A stretch of 64,000 nucleotides of DNA from Candidatus Polarisedimenticolia bacterium (GCA_036001465.1 DASYUH010000013.1:92554-156553), one strand, 5' to 3'; shown: positions 9,693 through 19,296, counted from the first letter of the stretch. A program made the numbers and translations. Notes: a model not told the origin generated them from the letters alone.

Positions 9693-10157
9693 ATGAACCC
9701 CTTGGCCAGGAAGGCCCTGCTCTTCGCCCTCTTCTCCCTGCTTCTGGGAGGGGAGACGGCCTACTTCGGGCGCGAGTGCGCCGCCACAGTCCAGCGACAG
9801 CGGGGCGAGCGGGCCTTCTTCTGGAACGATCACCGCACCTCGTGGGGCCACAATCGGGCTGCTCTCGCCTGGGGAAGCAACCCCGAGCGCCTGCGGCGGA
9901 AGAGACCGATCGACCTCCAGGCCCCGTCAGAGGATCCCCGCGAGAACCTGACCCCCGCCCTCATCGAGATCGATGCCGCGCGCCTTTTGGTCGCGCAGGA
10001 CGAGCGCGATTGCACCGTGGAGTTCCGGAAGAAGGCCATCGCGATCGACCCGTGCTCCTACGATGCCCGGTTCCTGCTCGGGCTCCTCGCCCTGAACCCT
10101 GGCGCGAGCGGCCACCGGGAGCAGTGCGCCAGCATGGCGCCGGGGACGGCACGATGA
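9693..10157 (+). CDS. Small secreted protein with signal peptide and TPR-like C-terminus
   Basis: 154 aa. N-terminus MNPLARKALLFALFSLLLGGETAYF looks like a signal peptide. C-terminus AIAIDPCSYDARFLLGLLALNPG is TPR-like. Its TGA overlaps the ATG of the downstream ligase-like gene (ATGA), which suggests translational coupling. Confidence 0.45.
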   Translation: MNPLARKALLFALFSLLLGGETAYFGRECAATVQRQRGERAFFWNDHRTSWGHNRAALAWGSNPERLRRKRPIDLQAPSEDPRENLTPALIEIDAARLLVAQDERDCTVEFRKKAIAIDPCSYDARFLLGLLALNPGASGHREQCASMAPGTAR

Positions 10158-11578
10158 GCACGCTGCGTCGCGACATGAGCCGCCCGATCATGATGCTGAT
10201 CGTGTTGGGCTACCTGACGCTGCTGGCCGTCGGACTGATCCGGATGCACCTCGATCCGGACGTCGTGGCGGCCCTGACGATCGGCGGGATCGGCCTGGTC
10301 ATCCTGGCGCTGCGCCCGTACCTCGGGATCCATGCGTTCATCGCGGTCATGTACCTCGAAAACGTCCTTCCCAGCGAGGGCGGTGTCACGGGCCCGAAGG
10401 TGCTCGGTGCGGTCATCCTCACGGGATGGCTCCTGAGCGCCGCCCTGCGGCGCGGGCTGGGCTTCCGGCTGGGCGCGTTCGTGCTGGTGATGCTCGCGTT
10501 CGTGACCTGGACCGGCGTCTCCTCGGTCTACGCTCTCGACGACGAGCTGGCGCTCGCCCGCGTCTTCAGCTTCGTGCAGCTGGCGGGCGCGACGCTGATG
10601 TTCATCTCGGTCATCGATCGCCCGAGCCGGATGCGGGGAGTGCAGTGGGCCATCGTCCTGTGGACTTGCCTCGCCACCATCTTCGCCCTGGCGGAGTACT
10701 ACCTGGGGTTGACCAACGTCGCCGTGGGATTCATCGGCAACCGGAACGGGCTCGCCAGCGGGATCAGCTTCGCGATCGTCTTCGCCTGCTTGCTCTACCA
10801 GGCGGATCCGGGGCGACTGGCGAGGCTGTTCCTTATCTTCACCCTGCCGGTCTTCTTCCTCGGACTCGCGCTCACCCTGTCGCGCACCGGCTTCATCATG
10901 CTCGCCGTGGGGCTTCTGGCGGTCTGGTACAGGGTCGTCAGGGACAAGGGTCTTCTGATCCTGGCGGGATCGGTGGCCGCGCTCAGTCTGGTTACCGTCC
11001 TGCTACCGGACACCGTCTGGCAGCGCGTCGGCAGCATCGTCCCGGCCATCCGGCAGCAGCGGGACACCTTCGGATTGCGGGTCCGGCTGTGGCAGGCCGG
11101 CATGCGGATGATCGAAGACCGGCCGGTGTTCGGCGTGGGGCCGGGCAACTTCGTCGCGGCCCTGCCGCGTTACTCCCCGGGGGAGCTGACGGGCCGGCAG
11201 CTCGTGGCCCACAACTCGTACGTGAGCGTCGCGGCCGAGATGGGGCTCGTCGGCTTGGCCCTTTTCCTGATGATGTACCTGCTGGCGCTCCGCGAGGCCG
11301 GCTTCGCTTTGCGATGGGGGCGACGGTCGGGATCGAAGGAGTTGGAACTCCACGCGTTCGCGATGGAGATCAGCCTGATCCTGGTGATGACCGGGGCCCT
11401 CGCCGGCAGCCTCGAGAGCCTCAAGTACAACTGGATGTGCCTGGGGCTGGCCGTCGGTGTCGGGCAGGTGGCACGGCAGGCCTCGTCGAGGGCCGGGGCG
11501 CAACTCCGCGGCAGGGCGGTCGGCGCCGTCACGGAGGGTGCGGGCGGCCCAAACGTGGAGCCGCGGCGACTCGGCTGA
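10154..11578 (+). CDS. O-antigen ligase / Wzy_C-family membrane protein (polymerase/ligase-like)
   Basis: About 474 aa from the ATG at 10154. About 10 TM helices. Characteristic periplasmic loop motif RPVFGVGPGNF...AHNSYVSVAAEMGLVGLALF. The ORF-track 5' extension (9602-10153) is G/R/P-rich and overlaps the upstream gene. Confidence 0.75.
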   Translation: MSTLRRDMSRPIMMLIVLGYLTLLAVGLIRMHLDPDVVAALTIGGIGLVILALRPYLGIHAFIAVMYLENVLPSEGGVTGPKVLGAVILTGWLLSAALRRGLGFRLGAFVLVMLAFVTWTGVSSVYALDDELALARVFSFVQLAGATLMFISVIDRPSRMRGVQWAIVLWTCLATIFALAEYYLGLTNVAVGFIGNRNGLASGISFAIVFACLLYQADPGRLARLFLIFTLPVFFLGLALTLSRTGFIMLAVGLLAVWYRVVRDKGLLILAGSVAALSLVTVLLPDTVWQRVGSIVPAIRQQRDTFGLRVRLWQAGMRMIEDRPVFGVGPGNFVAALPRYSPGELTGRQLVAHNSYVSVAAEMGLVGLALFLMMYLLALREAGFALRWGRRSGSKELELHAFAMEISLILVMTGALAGSLESLKYNWMCLGLAVGVGQVARQASSRAGAQLRGRAVGAVTEGAGGPNVEPRRLG

Positions 11579-11740
11579 CGGACCCCCCGGCGCTTCACCG
11601 GCTGGTGCTCGTCGTCGGGCAGCTCACCCTCGCGGGCTCGAGAGACAGGTCGTCCTGCTGGCTTCCGGTCTCGATCGTCGCCCGTTCGAGATCGGCGAGG
11701 TCTCGCTCACCGCCTGTGGCATTTGGGGAAAGGCTCTGGG

Positions 11741-11788
11741 CGAGATCGCGCCGAGATGCCCCAACGCCAAGTCCAGAACACTGTTCAC
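11741..11788 (-). repeat. Ghost copy of the mlaE 5' end (translates VNSVLDLALGHLGAIS)
   Basis: About 79% nucleotide identity to 2803-2850, same strand. ATG is replaced by GTG and there is no SD. Lies in the 590-bp gap between the ligase-like gene and plsC. Confidence 0.55.
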
Positions 11789-12170
11789 GGAACTCGCCGC
11801 ATCATGGCAAGATGGATCAGCCCGCCCAGCAGCACGTGCAGGCCAAGGTTGAGGATTTGGAGAGGGACGGGATTCCGGCCGCAGAGAGCCTGGGCGGCCG
11901 ACGCCGGAACCTTTAAAAAGCCGGATCCGAAGTAAAACTGGAAGTCATCGGAAACGTAGCCGCCGGTCAGCCCCACGCCCTATACGGCCACACAGGCCGC
12001 CGAAAGAAGCGTCAGGCAAAGGCCGGAGGCGTTCCGCGGAGTTGCGTTTTCGGCACGGATGAAAGAGAACGGAAGTCTAACGGAGCGACGTGCTCCGGTC
12101 AAGGAACGGAGCGCACAGTCTATACTTGCCGCCGGAGGGACCGCACCATCCCGCGACCGAGTCTGCGCTG

Positions 12171-12902
12171 ATGAACCTGCTTCGCCTGGCGCTCATTGTC
12201 CTGTACACCTTCGTGATCGGAACGATCACGATTGTCCTCTGTGTTCTGGTCCCTGGGGGTTCGACTCTGAGGCCGCTGGCGCGCCTCTGGTCCTGGCTGG
12301 TGCTGCGGACCTGCCGGGTGCGCTCCCGGGCCATCTACCATCCGCACCTGGATCCTGCCCGACCGAGCATTTACATCGCGAACCACCAGAGCCAGTTCGA
12401 CATCCCCGCGCTCGCACTGGCCATGAAATCCGATTTCCGGATGGTCTCCAAGCGAGAGCTCCTTTACGTGCCCGTTTTCGGTTGGGCTCTCTGGTTCGCG
12501 GGATTCGTCTTCATCGACCGCACCAACCGCGCCAAGGCGATCCAGAGCCTGGATCGGACGGCACGCATGATTCGCAAGGGAACCTCGGTCGTCGTGTTCG
12601 CAGAGGGCACGCGCAGCCCCGACCGCCGGCTCCTCCCCTTCAAGAAGGGAGGGTTCATCCTCGCGTTGCAGGCCGGCGTGCCGATCGTCCCCGTCTCCAT
12701 CCGAGGTGGACACGACGTCCTGCCCAAGGGCAGTCTGCGGATCCGGCCCGGCACCATCGAGGTAGTGTTCGGCGAACCGGTTCCGACCTCCTCCTATTCC
12801 CTGGAGACCAAGGACGATCTGATCGCCGCAGTGCGGGAGCGGATCACGGCGGGACTCGCTCAGACGCCGGACCTGTTCCGCGTCTCCACATCTGCTATTT
12901 GA
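12171..12902 (+). CDS. plsC: 1-acyl-sn-glycerol-3-phosphate acyltransferase family (PlsC/LPLAT)
   Basis: N-terminal TM helix, then HxxxxD catalytic motif (ANHQSQFD), FAEGTRS and PIVPVSI motifs. ATG at 12171 (MNLLRLALIVLY). Confidence 0.75.
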   Translation: MNLLRLALIVLYTFVIGTITIVLCVLVPGGSTLRPLARLWSWLVLRTCRVRSRAIYHPHLDPARPSIYIANHQSQFDIPALALAMKSDFRMVSKRELLYVPVFGWALWFAGFVFIDRTNRAKAIQSLDRTARMIRKGTSVVVFAEGTRSPDRRLLPFKKGGFILALQAGVPIVPVSIRGGHDVLPKGSLRIRPGTIEVVFGEPVPTSSYSLETKDDLIAAVRERITAGLAQTPDLFRVSTSAI

Positions 12903-14814
12903 TGTCGTGCAGCGAATCCTGGCGGCCCAGATCCCCATCCATGAACATACGGAACCACAGCTCGAGCCAGAGGAGCGCCCACAATTTCGAGGACTGGTCC
13001 TCGCCAGCCATGTGGCGAGCGATGAGGCTCCGCACCTCCGACCGATGGAAGTAGCCGCGACTCTCGAAACGCGGGTGCGTGAGCAGCACTTCGAGCGGCT
13101 TTCTCAGGGGTCCGCGCAGCCACGACGCCAGCGGGATGCCGAAGCCCTGTTTGGGGCGGTAGACGACCGAGGGAGGGACCAGTCGCGCGGCCAGGGTCTT
13201 GAGAAGATGCTTCCCCTGCAGCCATTTGAATTTCATCGAGGACGGCAGCGCGGCGGCGAACTCCAGGATGCGGAAATCGAGCAGCGGCGAACGGGTCTCG
13301 AGCGAGTTCGCCATCGACGCGATATCCATTTTCACCAGTAGATCGTCGGGAAGATAGGTCTGGATCACCACCTGCAGCCCCCTGTCCACCTCGTCCGCTC
13401 CATCGGTGCCGAGGTACACCTCATGGCAGTACTCGGCCGGATCGAGGCTGGTCAGCTGCGAACGGAAGGAGGGAAGGTAAAGCCTCTCCAAGTCTAACCT
13501 TTTATACCCCGGCCAGATCCAGAAGAGGTCGGCGGCCGAGCGCTCGGCCCACTCCGGCAGCAGGCCCACCAGGGTCAGGAGCCGGCCGTGGGCCCCCGGC
13601 ACCCGCTTCAATGCGCTCCCGAGAGACTTCAGGGCGGCGCGGCTCAAGCGTCGGCCCGCCAGACGGCGGCACCACTCGATCGTTCGAATCGCGCGGTTCC
13701 AGGGGTAGCCTGCGAAGGGCTCGTCGCCCCCGTCGCCATTCAAGGCGACCTTGACGTGCTTGCGGGCCGCTTCCGACACGTAGTAGCTCGGAACCGCGCT
13801 TGAATCGGCGAAGGGCTCCCCGTAATGCCACACCAGCCTGGGAAGGATGGCCGCGGCGTCCGCCTCGACGCGGATTTCAGTGTGCTCCGTGTGCAGCGCC
13901 TCCGCGACAGCCCGTGCATGGGGCAGCTCGTTGTGGCTCTCTTCGGCGAACCCGACCGAGAACGTCCGCACGGCGCCACCGGCCCGGCTCATCATGGCGA
14001 CGACCGTGCTCGAATCAACTCCGCCGCTGAGGAATGCCCCCAGAGGCACGTCGCCGATGAGGCGCAGCCGGGTCGCGTTCTCGAGGAGTTCATCGAGCCG
14101 CTCGACCGCCTCTTCCTGGGTGCAACGGATTTTTTCTCGAAACGACAGCTTCCAGTAGGAATCGGTGCGCGCTCCTGTCCGCGTGCAGGTCATGACGCTT
14201 CCGGGCGGCACCTTGCGCACGCCCGCGTAGATGGACATGTCACCGGGAACGCACAGGTAGCCGAGGTAGGAGTTCAGGGCGGCCTGGTCGACCGGTGGGA
14301 TGCTCTTCAGTCCCCGGACCAGCGCCCGCACCTCGGAGGCAAAGACGACTTCACCGTCTCCGTCCCGGTAGAAGAGCGGCTTCTTGCCGACCCGGTCCCG
14401 GGCCAGGTAGAGCGTCTGCCGCGGCGCGTCCCACAGGGCGATGGCGAACATGCCGTTGAGGCGCCTGACCACGTCGATCCCCCAGTGCATGTATCCCTGC
14501 AGGATGACCTCGGTATCGCTCTGGGTGAGGAAGCGCCGCCCCTGCGACTCCAGATCGGATCGCAGCTCCCGATAGTTGTAGATCTCGCCGTTGAAAACGA
14601 TCCGGGCGGATCCGTCCTCCGGCCCCATGGGCTGATTCGCCGTGGGGGAAAGATCGATGATGGCGAGACGGTTGAAGGCCAGACCGATGTGCGGCGACGT
14701 GTGCAGGCCTTGGTCATCCGGACCTCGGTGCGCCTGGTCGTCCCTCATCCGCAGGAGACGATTGACCTGGATCGGCGAGTCTCCCCGACTGAAGATCCCA
14801 GCGATGCCGCACAT
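12895..14814 (-). CDS. Asparagine-synthase-family glutamine amidotransferase, paralog 1
   Basis: 639 aa. Starts MCGIAG (Cys2 Ntn nucleophile). Class-II GATase motifs RGPDD, RLAIIDL, GEIYN. Synthetase-domain PP-loop SGGVDSS. 19 nt downstream of the large OM protein gene on the same strand. Confidence 0.85.
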   Translation of the reverse strand: MCGIAGIFSRGDSPIQVNRLLRMRDDQAHRGPDDQGLHTSPHIGLAFNRLAIIDLSPTANQPMGPEDGSARIVFNGEIYNYRELRSDLESQGRRFLTQSDTEVILQGYMHWGIDVVRRLNGMFAIALWDAPRQTLYLARDRVGKKPLFYRDGDGEVVFASEVRALVRGLKSIPPVDQAALNSYLGYLCVPGDMSIYAGVRKVPPGSVMTCTRTGARTDSYWKLSFREKIRCTQEEAVERLDELLENATRLRLIGDVPLGAFLSGGVDSSTVVAMMSRAGGAVRTFSVGFAEESHNELPHARAVAEALHTEHTEIRVEADAAAILPRLVWHYGEPFADSSAVPSYYVSEAARKHVKVALNGDGGDEPFAGYPWNRAIRTIEWCRRLAGRRLSRAALKSLGSALKRVPGAHGRLLTLVGLLPEWAERSAADLFWIWPGYKRLDLERLYLPSFRSQLTSLDPAEYCHEVYLGTDGADEVDRGLQVVIQTYLPDDLLVKMDIASMANSLETRSPLLDFRILEFAAALPSSMKFKWLQGKHLLKTLAARLVPPSVVYRPKQGFGIPLASWLRGPLRKPLEVLLTHPRFESRGYFHRSEVRSLIARHMAGEDQSSKLWALLWLELWFRMFMDGDLGRQDSLHDIK

Positions 14815-14833
14815 GGATCGGTCCTTTACTTCA

Positions 14834-17800
14834 TCAAAAGTATTTCAACAGACCGATCTGGAACTCGGTCCCACCCTTGAGGGGCTCGAAATCTGATTGC
14901 AGGGCCACCCCGACGTCGAACTGCAGGACCGTCTCCCAGGGCCCCATCATGTTGCCCGAGATCCCGAGCCCGGTGAACGAGTGGTAGTCGTCCGAGGTCA
15001 GGACGTCGCGGACCCGGGCCCTGTCGAGGGAGGCGTCGAAGCGGACGACGTTGGCGATGTTGAAGGCGTACTGCGCCCGGACGATCCCTCCGCGGTCGTA
15101 GCGCACGCCCGACCCGGAGAAGCCGCGCACCCGGGTCCCGAAGAACGAAAACTGGAACTCGCTGAACCGGTCCAGGCGCGATCCCGTCTGCCACATCGCC
15201 TCGAACCGCAGCTTCTGGAACAAGGGAAGAAAAACCTGCTTCGCCACGCTGAACTCGTAGGTCTCGTAGTCATTCTGGGCGGCGTCGAAATCCGACAGGC
15301 ACGATCCGGGGGACGGACAGGGCAGGGTCTCATCGCCCCATGCCCCCCATCGGCTGCGGAAGCTCTTCTGGCCGGACGCGACCACGCTCCATGCCGCGCG
15401 ATTGAATTCCCACTGGATTCCCGGCGACTGGATGAACGTGTCCCGGGGCACGACGAACGTCTCGGAGTCAACGTCGCGGCTGTAGTTGACATAGTCCAGT
15501 CCGTAGGTCGCCTTCAATCGCATGAAGCTCCCGAGCGAAGCGCCCAGCGATCCGGACAGGCTCTGGGACCGCGCGTCGACGTTGCTTTCTGCAAGCTCCT
15601 TGCCCTGGACGAAGAGCTGGTCGGTCAGGTTCACGGCCAGCGTCACCACCTGCGCGGTGGCGTCCAGCCGCTTCCCGAAGAGGTGCGGGTCGGTGTAGGA
15701 GAACAGGTTGATCACTCCGCCCAGGAGCGCGGTCGTCTGCACGTTCCGGCCGCCCACGTCGTAGTTGAAGTACCCGGCTCCCAGGAGCGGCAGGACCGGG
15801 TAGTCGAGTCCGGGCTGGCGATAGAGGCCGGCGAGGCCCAGCAGCGCGGATTTCCTGGTCTGTTCCTTCACCTGGCGCTCCCCGCTCTCGGTGCGCTCGA
15901 GGTACCTGAGTCCTTCGCGGGTGTCGCGCAGCATCTGGCGATCGGAGCGGTAGGCCTCCTCCCTCGCCTGCGCGAACCCGGCGTCGTTGATCGACACGTT
16001 CTTGAAGTCGATCTCCCGCGACAGGACCAGGGCCTGGCCCGCCACCGAGAGGATCTGCTGCCCTTCCACCCGAGTCAGGAGCCAGTAGGTCGAGCCGTCC
16101 GGCCCTGCGTGCGGCCTGTAGAAATCGACCTCCTCGTTGGAGGTCAGGGGCGGCGAAAGCTTCGTCTGGACGGTGGACGTCTTCACCGGCGCGAACGTCC
16201 GGGTCTCGATCCAGGCCCGTCCTTCGTACAGGTTCCTGCTGCGATCGATCGGCTTGAACTCGAGGACATGGCAGTCGAACCCGCCCACCTTGTCCTCGCT
16301 GACGTACTCGTAGACGTAGTCCTTGTTCAGGTTGATGTCGAGGGGCAGGGTGAACACCTTCTCGGGCTGCGGGATCGGCAGCTCCGGCAGCTTCTTCCCT
16401 TTCCAGCGGACGCCGTTGTAGTACAGGGCGCGCTGCTCCCACTCGGCCCCCGTCGCCGGATCCCAGAAGAAGGCGTTGTCGAAGCTGACGTCGATGGTGT
16501 TGCTGCCCGCGACCTTCCCGTGGTAGGTCAGGATGGCGTCGGCCCGGTAGTTCTTCAGCCTGAACCTCTGGTCGGCCATGAAGGCCTGGTGGCCGGTGAT
16601 GACCTCCTCGGCGGTGATGAGCCCCTTCCCCTCAATGTGCAGCTGCTCCTTCTCCGCCTCGAACCCCTTGATCGCCACCCGGGAGTACTGCAGGACGAGC
16701 GGGCGGGCGTACAGGGGGACGGGGACGCGGGTCGTGTTGCTCTTGAAGTCCGGCTCGACGGCCCCTCCCGGCGGGCCGGCCGCCCCCCCGATGATGTCGT
16801 AGATCGCCGCGCCCCGTACCGCGGCGGTTGGAATCACCACCCTCGCGCCCCGCTCGGGCAGCGGACCGCGGGCGAAGAAGCCGACAAGCCCCTGGTAGGC
16901 CCCGGCGTCGAAGAACGCATAGGACGTGATCCCTTCGATCCGCCGGCCCGCCCCCTCGCCGGTCGCCTCGAACGCCAGGGCGCCGCTCACCGGCGCGTAG
17001 GTCGGCAGAAACAGCTTGTGCAGGTCCAGGAGCACGCCGGGGAATTCCGGCTGCCCGTTCACGTCGGTCTCGAGATCGAAGCTGACCACCGCCGCCCCCT
17101 CCCCCTGGGCCGTGATGAACCGGCCGAGGAGATCGGAGGCCCGTTCGCGATCGGTGACTCCCTCCGCCGCCACGCGGACCGCCCAGAGCTGGGCCGAGGG
17201 GTCCTGATCCAGGAGCAGCGCCGAGGCCTTGGCTATCGCGCGCTCGATCGGGAGGCCGGCTGGCGGGCGCACCGGCAGGACATCGACGTACGTTGCGATC
17301 CCCTGGTCGTAGAGGGCCTTTTGCCAGTCCAAGTCGGCCTCCAGAGACTCGGCTCCGAGGTCGAGGGCTCCCTGGGCGATCCGGCCCTCGGGGTCCGCGG
17401 ACCGGATGACCACCGAGGTGTTCTTGAGCACGTAGGCGAAGTCCATCACCCCGGCGGCCGCCCATCCCTGCTCCCGGTTGGGCGCGTCCGCGATCTCGTA
17501 GTAGCGCACCCGGCCCTTGAAGTGCAGCGCTGCCGCGCGGGTGAACCCGAGCCAGGCCTTCAGGACGGCCGGCCGGCCGGGAGAAGGCATCGAACCACCC
17601 GGGTCGATGGCGGGGTTGGGCCCGTACAGGCATAGCGTCACGACGAAGTGCGCCGCCCGATAGGGATCGACGATCCGGTCCACCTCGCTCCAGTCGTACG
17701 TCCCCTCGCCCGGTTCCAGAAGGGACCACGGGGCGCGGATACGGACGTAGAGCGGATGGTCCGGGGCGATGGACGGATCCAGGACGGGATCCGGCAGCAG

Positions 17801-17965
17801 GAATTCTTCGCGTCCCGACCCCAGGTCGTATTCGTAGCCGAGACCGAGAGTGGGCGGCCGGGGCGCCGCCCCGCCTGCCGGCGCCGCCGGGGCAAATGTC
17901 GGAACCGCGATCGTCAGAAGCAGCCAGCCGGCCGCATCGCGGACGCTCCGGAGCGCTCGTCGCAT
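14834..17965 (-). CDS. Large secreted/outer-membrane protein with an N-terminal glycosyl-hydrolase-like TIM-barrel domain, a LolA-like middle domain and a C-terminal beta-barrel
   Basis: 1043 aa. Signal peptide MRRALRSVRDAAGWLLLTIAVPTFAPA. N-terminal region WSLLEPGEGTYDWSEVDRIV...RYYEIADAPN resembles the GH5/GH39-type (W..EP..G.YDW ... YEI.NEPN) pattern, but with DAP in place of NEP. Middle region DKVGGFDCHVLEFKPIDRS...STYWLLTRVEG is LolA-like. C-terminal about 400 aa show alternating hydrophobic beta-strand periodicity, ending LLKYF with a terminal aromatic. Confidence 0.65.
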   Translation of the reverse strand: MRRALRSVRDAAGWLLLTIAVPTFAPAAPAGGAAPRPPTLGLGYEYDLGSGREEFLLPDPVLDPSIAPDHPLYVRIRAPWSLLEPGEGTYDWSEVDRIVDPYRAAHFVVTLCLYGPNPAIDPGGSMPSPGRPAVLKAWLGFTRAAALHFKGRVRYYEIADAPNREQGWAAAGVMDFAYVLKNTSVVIRSADPEGRIAQGALDLGAESLEADLDWQKALYDQGIATYVDVLPVRPPAGLPIERAIAKASALLLDQDPSAQLWAVRVAAEGVTDRERASDLLGRFITAQGEGAAVVSFDLETDVNGQPEFPGVLLDLHKLFLPTYAPVSGALAFEATGEGAGRRIEGITSYAFFDAGAYQGLVGFFARGPLPERGARVVIPTAAVRGAAIYDIIGGAAGPPGGAVEPDFKSNTTRVPVPLYARPLVLQYSRVAIKGFEAEKEQLHIEGKGLITAEEVITGHQAFMADQRFRLKNYRADAILTYHGKVAGSNTIDVSFDNAFFWDPATGAEWEQRALYYNGVRWKGKKLPELPIPQPEKVFTLPLDINLNKDYVYEYVSEDKVGGFDCHVLEFKPIDRSRNLYEGRAWIETRTFAPVKTSTVQTKLSPPLTSNEEVDFYRPHAGPDGSTYWLLTRVEGQQILSVAGQALVLSREIDFKNVSINDAGFAQAREEAYRSDRQMLRDTREGLRYLERTESGERQVKEQTRKSALLGLAGLYRQPGLDYPVLPLLGAGYFNYDVGGRNVQTTALLGGVINLFSYTDPHLFGKRLDATAQVVTLAVNLTDQLFVQGKELAESNVDARSQSLSGSLGASLGSFMRLKATYGLDYVNYSRDVDSETFVVPRDTFIQSPGIQWEFNRAAWSVVASGQKSFRSRWGAWGDETLPCPSPGSCLSDFDAAQNDYETYEFSVAKQVFLPLFQKLRFEAMWQTGSRLDRFSEFQFSFFGTRVRGFSGSGVRYDRGGIVRAQYAFNIANVVRFDASLDRARVRDVLTSDDYHSFTGLGISGNMMGPWETVLQFDVGVALQSDFEPLKGGTEFQIGLLKYF

Positions 17966-18095
17966 GGACGAGGGACGTTATCAGACAGACCGGTGGCAGT
18001 CAAACCACGGTGTCGTCCCGCAGCCAGCCATCCGTGCTATGGTATACGCCCCCGTCGAGGGCGCGAGGCGCAAGGGATTCAACGAGATCGACCGG

Positions 18096-19289
18096 ATGAG
18101 AATCGCAGCCGAATTGCTGATCGCGGGCTCGGTCCGCACGCCTCTGGGAAAGTTCGGTGGCGCCCTGGCGTCGCTCAGCGCCCCGGAGCTGGGGGCCGCG
18201 GCCTCGCGCGCCGCTCTCGAGCGGGCCGGTATCCGGCCGGACGATGTCCAGGAGACCATCATGGGGAACGCCCGGCCGGCGGGCACCGGACCGAATCCCG
18301 CCCGCCAGATCGCCCACAGGGCCGGGATTCCGGACAGCGCCCCCGCCTACACGGTCAACATGGCCTGCGGCTCCTCGCTCCGCGCCATCCTGAACGCCTG
18401 CCAGAGCATCGCGGCCGGCGACCGCGAGGTCGTGCTGGTCGGGGGGGCCGAGTCGATGAGCCGCGTCCCCTACCTGCTGGAGGGGGCCCGCTTCGGGTAC
18501 AAGATGGGCCACCAGCGCCTCACCGACGCCATGTACCGGGACGGATTTCTCTGCCCCCTGTGCGACCAGGTCATGGGGGAGACCGCCGAAACGCTGGCGG
18601 AACGCTACGAGATTTCCCGCGTCGAGCAGGATGCCTTCGCCGCGGAGTCCCAGCAGCGCTGCGAGCGGGCCAGGACATCGGGTAGCTTCACCGCTGAAAT
18701 CGTCCCGTTGACGGTCGCGGGACCCAAGGGCTCCGCCCTGGTTTCCGAGGACGAGCACCCTCGGGACGGCGTGACCGCCGAATCCCTCGCAAGCCTGCCG
18801 CCGGTGTTCAGGAAGAACGGGACGGTCCACGCCGGCTCGTCCTCCGGGCTGGTCGACGGCGCTTCGGCGATGGTCCTGCTGTCCTCCGACGCCGCCCGCC
18901 GGCTCGGGGTGCAGCCCCAGGCCCGCGTGGTGGCCTACTCCACGGCGGGCGTCGATCCCGCGGTCATGGGGATCGGGCCCGTTCCGGCGGTCCGGGATCT
19001 CCTGCGCCGAACGGGTCTCACCCTCGAGGAGATTGACCTGATCGAGATCAACGAGGCGTTCGCCGCACAGGTCCTGGCGTGCCAGCGCGATCTCCGGTTC
19101 GATCTGTCACGCACCAACGTCAACGGCGGGGCCATCGCCCTCGGACACCCGATCGGCGCGACCGGGGCCCGCATCACGACCACCCTGATCCACGAGATGC
19201 TGCGGCGCAAGGCCCGCCGGGGCCTGGCCACCCTGTGCATCAGCGGCGGTCTGGGGATCGCGCTCCTCGTCGAGCCGGTTTCCTCGTGA
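18096..19289 (+). CDS. Acetyl-CoA C-acetyltransferase (thiolase II family)
   Basis: VRTPLGKFGG and NMACGSSL (active-site Cys). C-terminal motifs NGGAIALGHPIGATGARI and CISGGLGIALLV. ATG at 18096. Confidence 0.85.
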   Translation: MRIAAELLIAGSVRTPLGKFGGALASLSAPELGAAASRAALERAGIRPDDVQETIMGNARPAGTGPNPARQIAHRAGIPDSAPAYTVNMACGSSLRAILNACQSIAAGDREVVLVGGAESMSRVPYLLEGARFGYKMGHQRLTDAMYRDGFLCPLCDQVMGETAETLAERYEISRVEQDAFAAESQQRCERARTSGSFTAEIVPLTVAGPKGSALVSEDEHPRDGVTAESLASLPPVFRKNGTVHAGSSSGLVDGASAMVLLSSDAARRLGVQPQARVVAYSTAGVDPAVMGIGPVPAVRDLLRRTGLTLEEIDLIEINEAFAAQVLACQRDLRFDLSRTNVNGGAIALGHPIGATGARITTTLIHEMLRRKARRGLATLCISGGLGIALLVEPVSS

Positions 19290-19296
19290 CGCCGGC

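Noticed and set aside
11785-11976. 63-aa ORF (MGLTGGYVSDDFQFYF...)
   Set aside because: Short. It overlaps the mlaE-ghost region and ends in the same MMRRVP frame artefact. No recognisable domain. Possibly part of the original mla/plsC promoter region.
14897-17635. 912-aa plus-strand ORF
   Set aside because: Entirely antisense to the well-supported 1043-aa outer-membrane protein gene. G/R/P/V-rich low-complexity translation.
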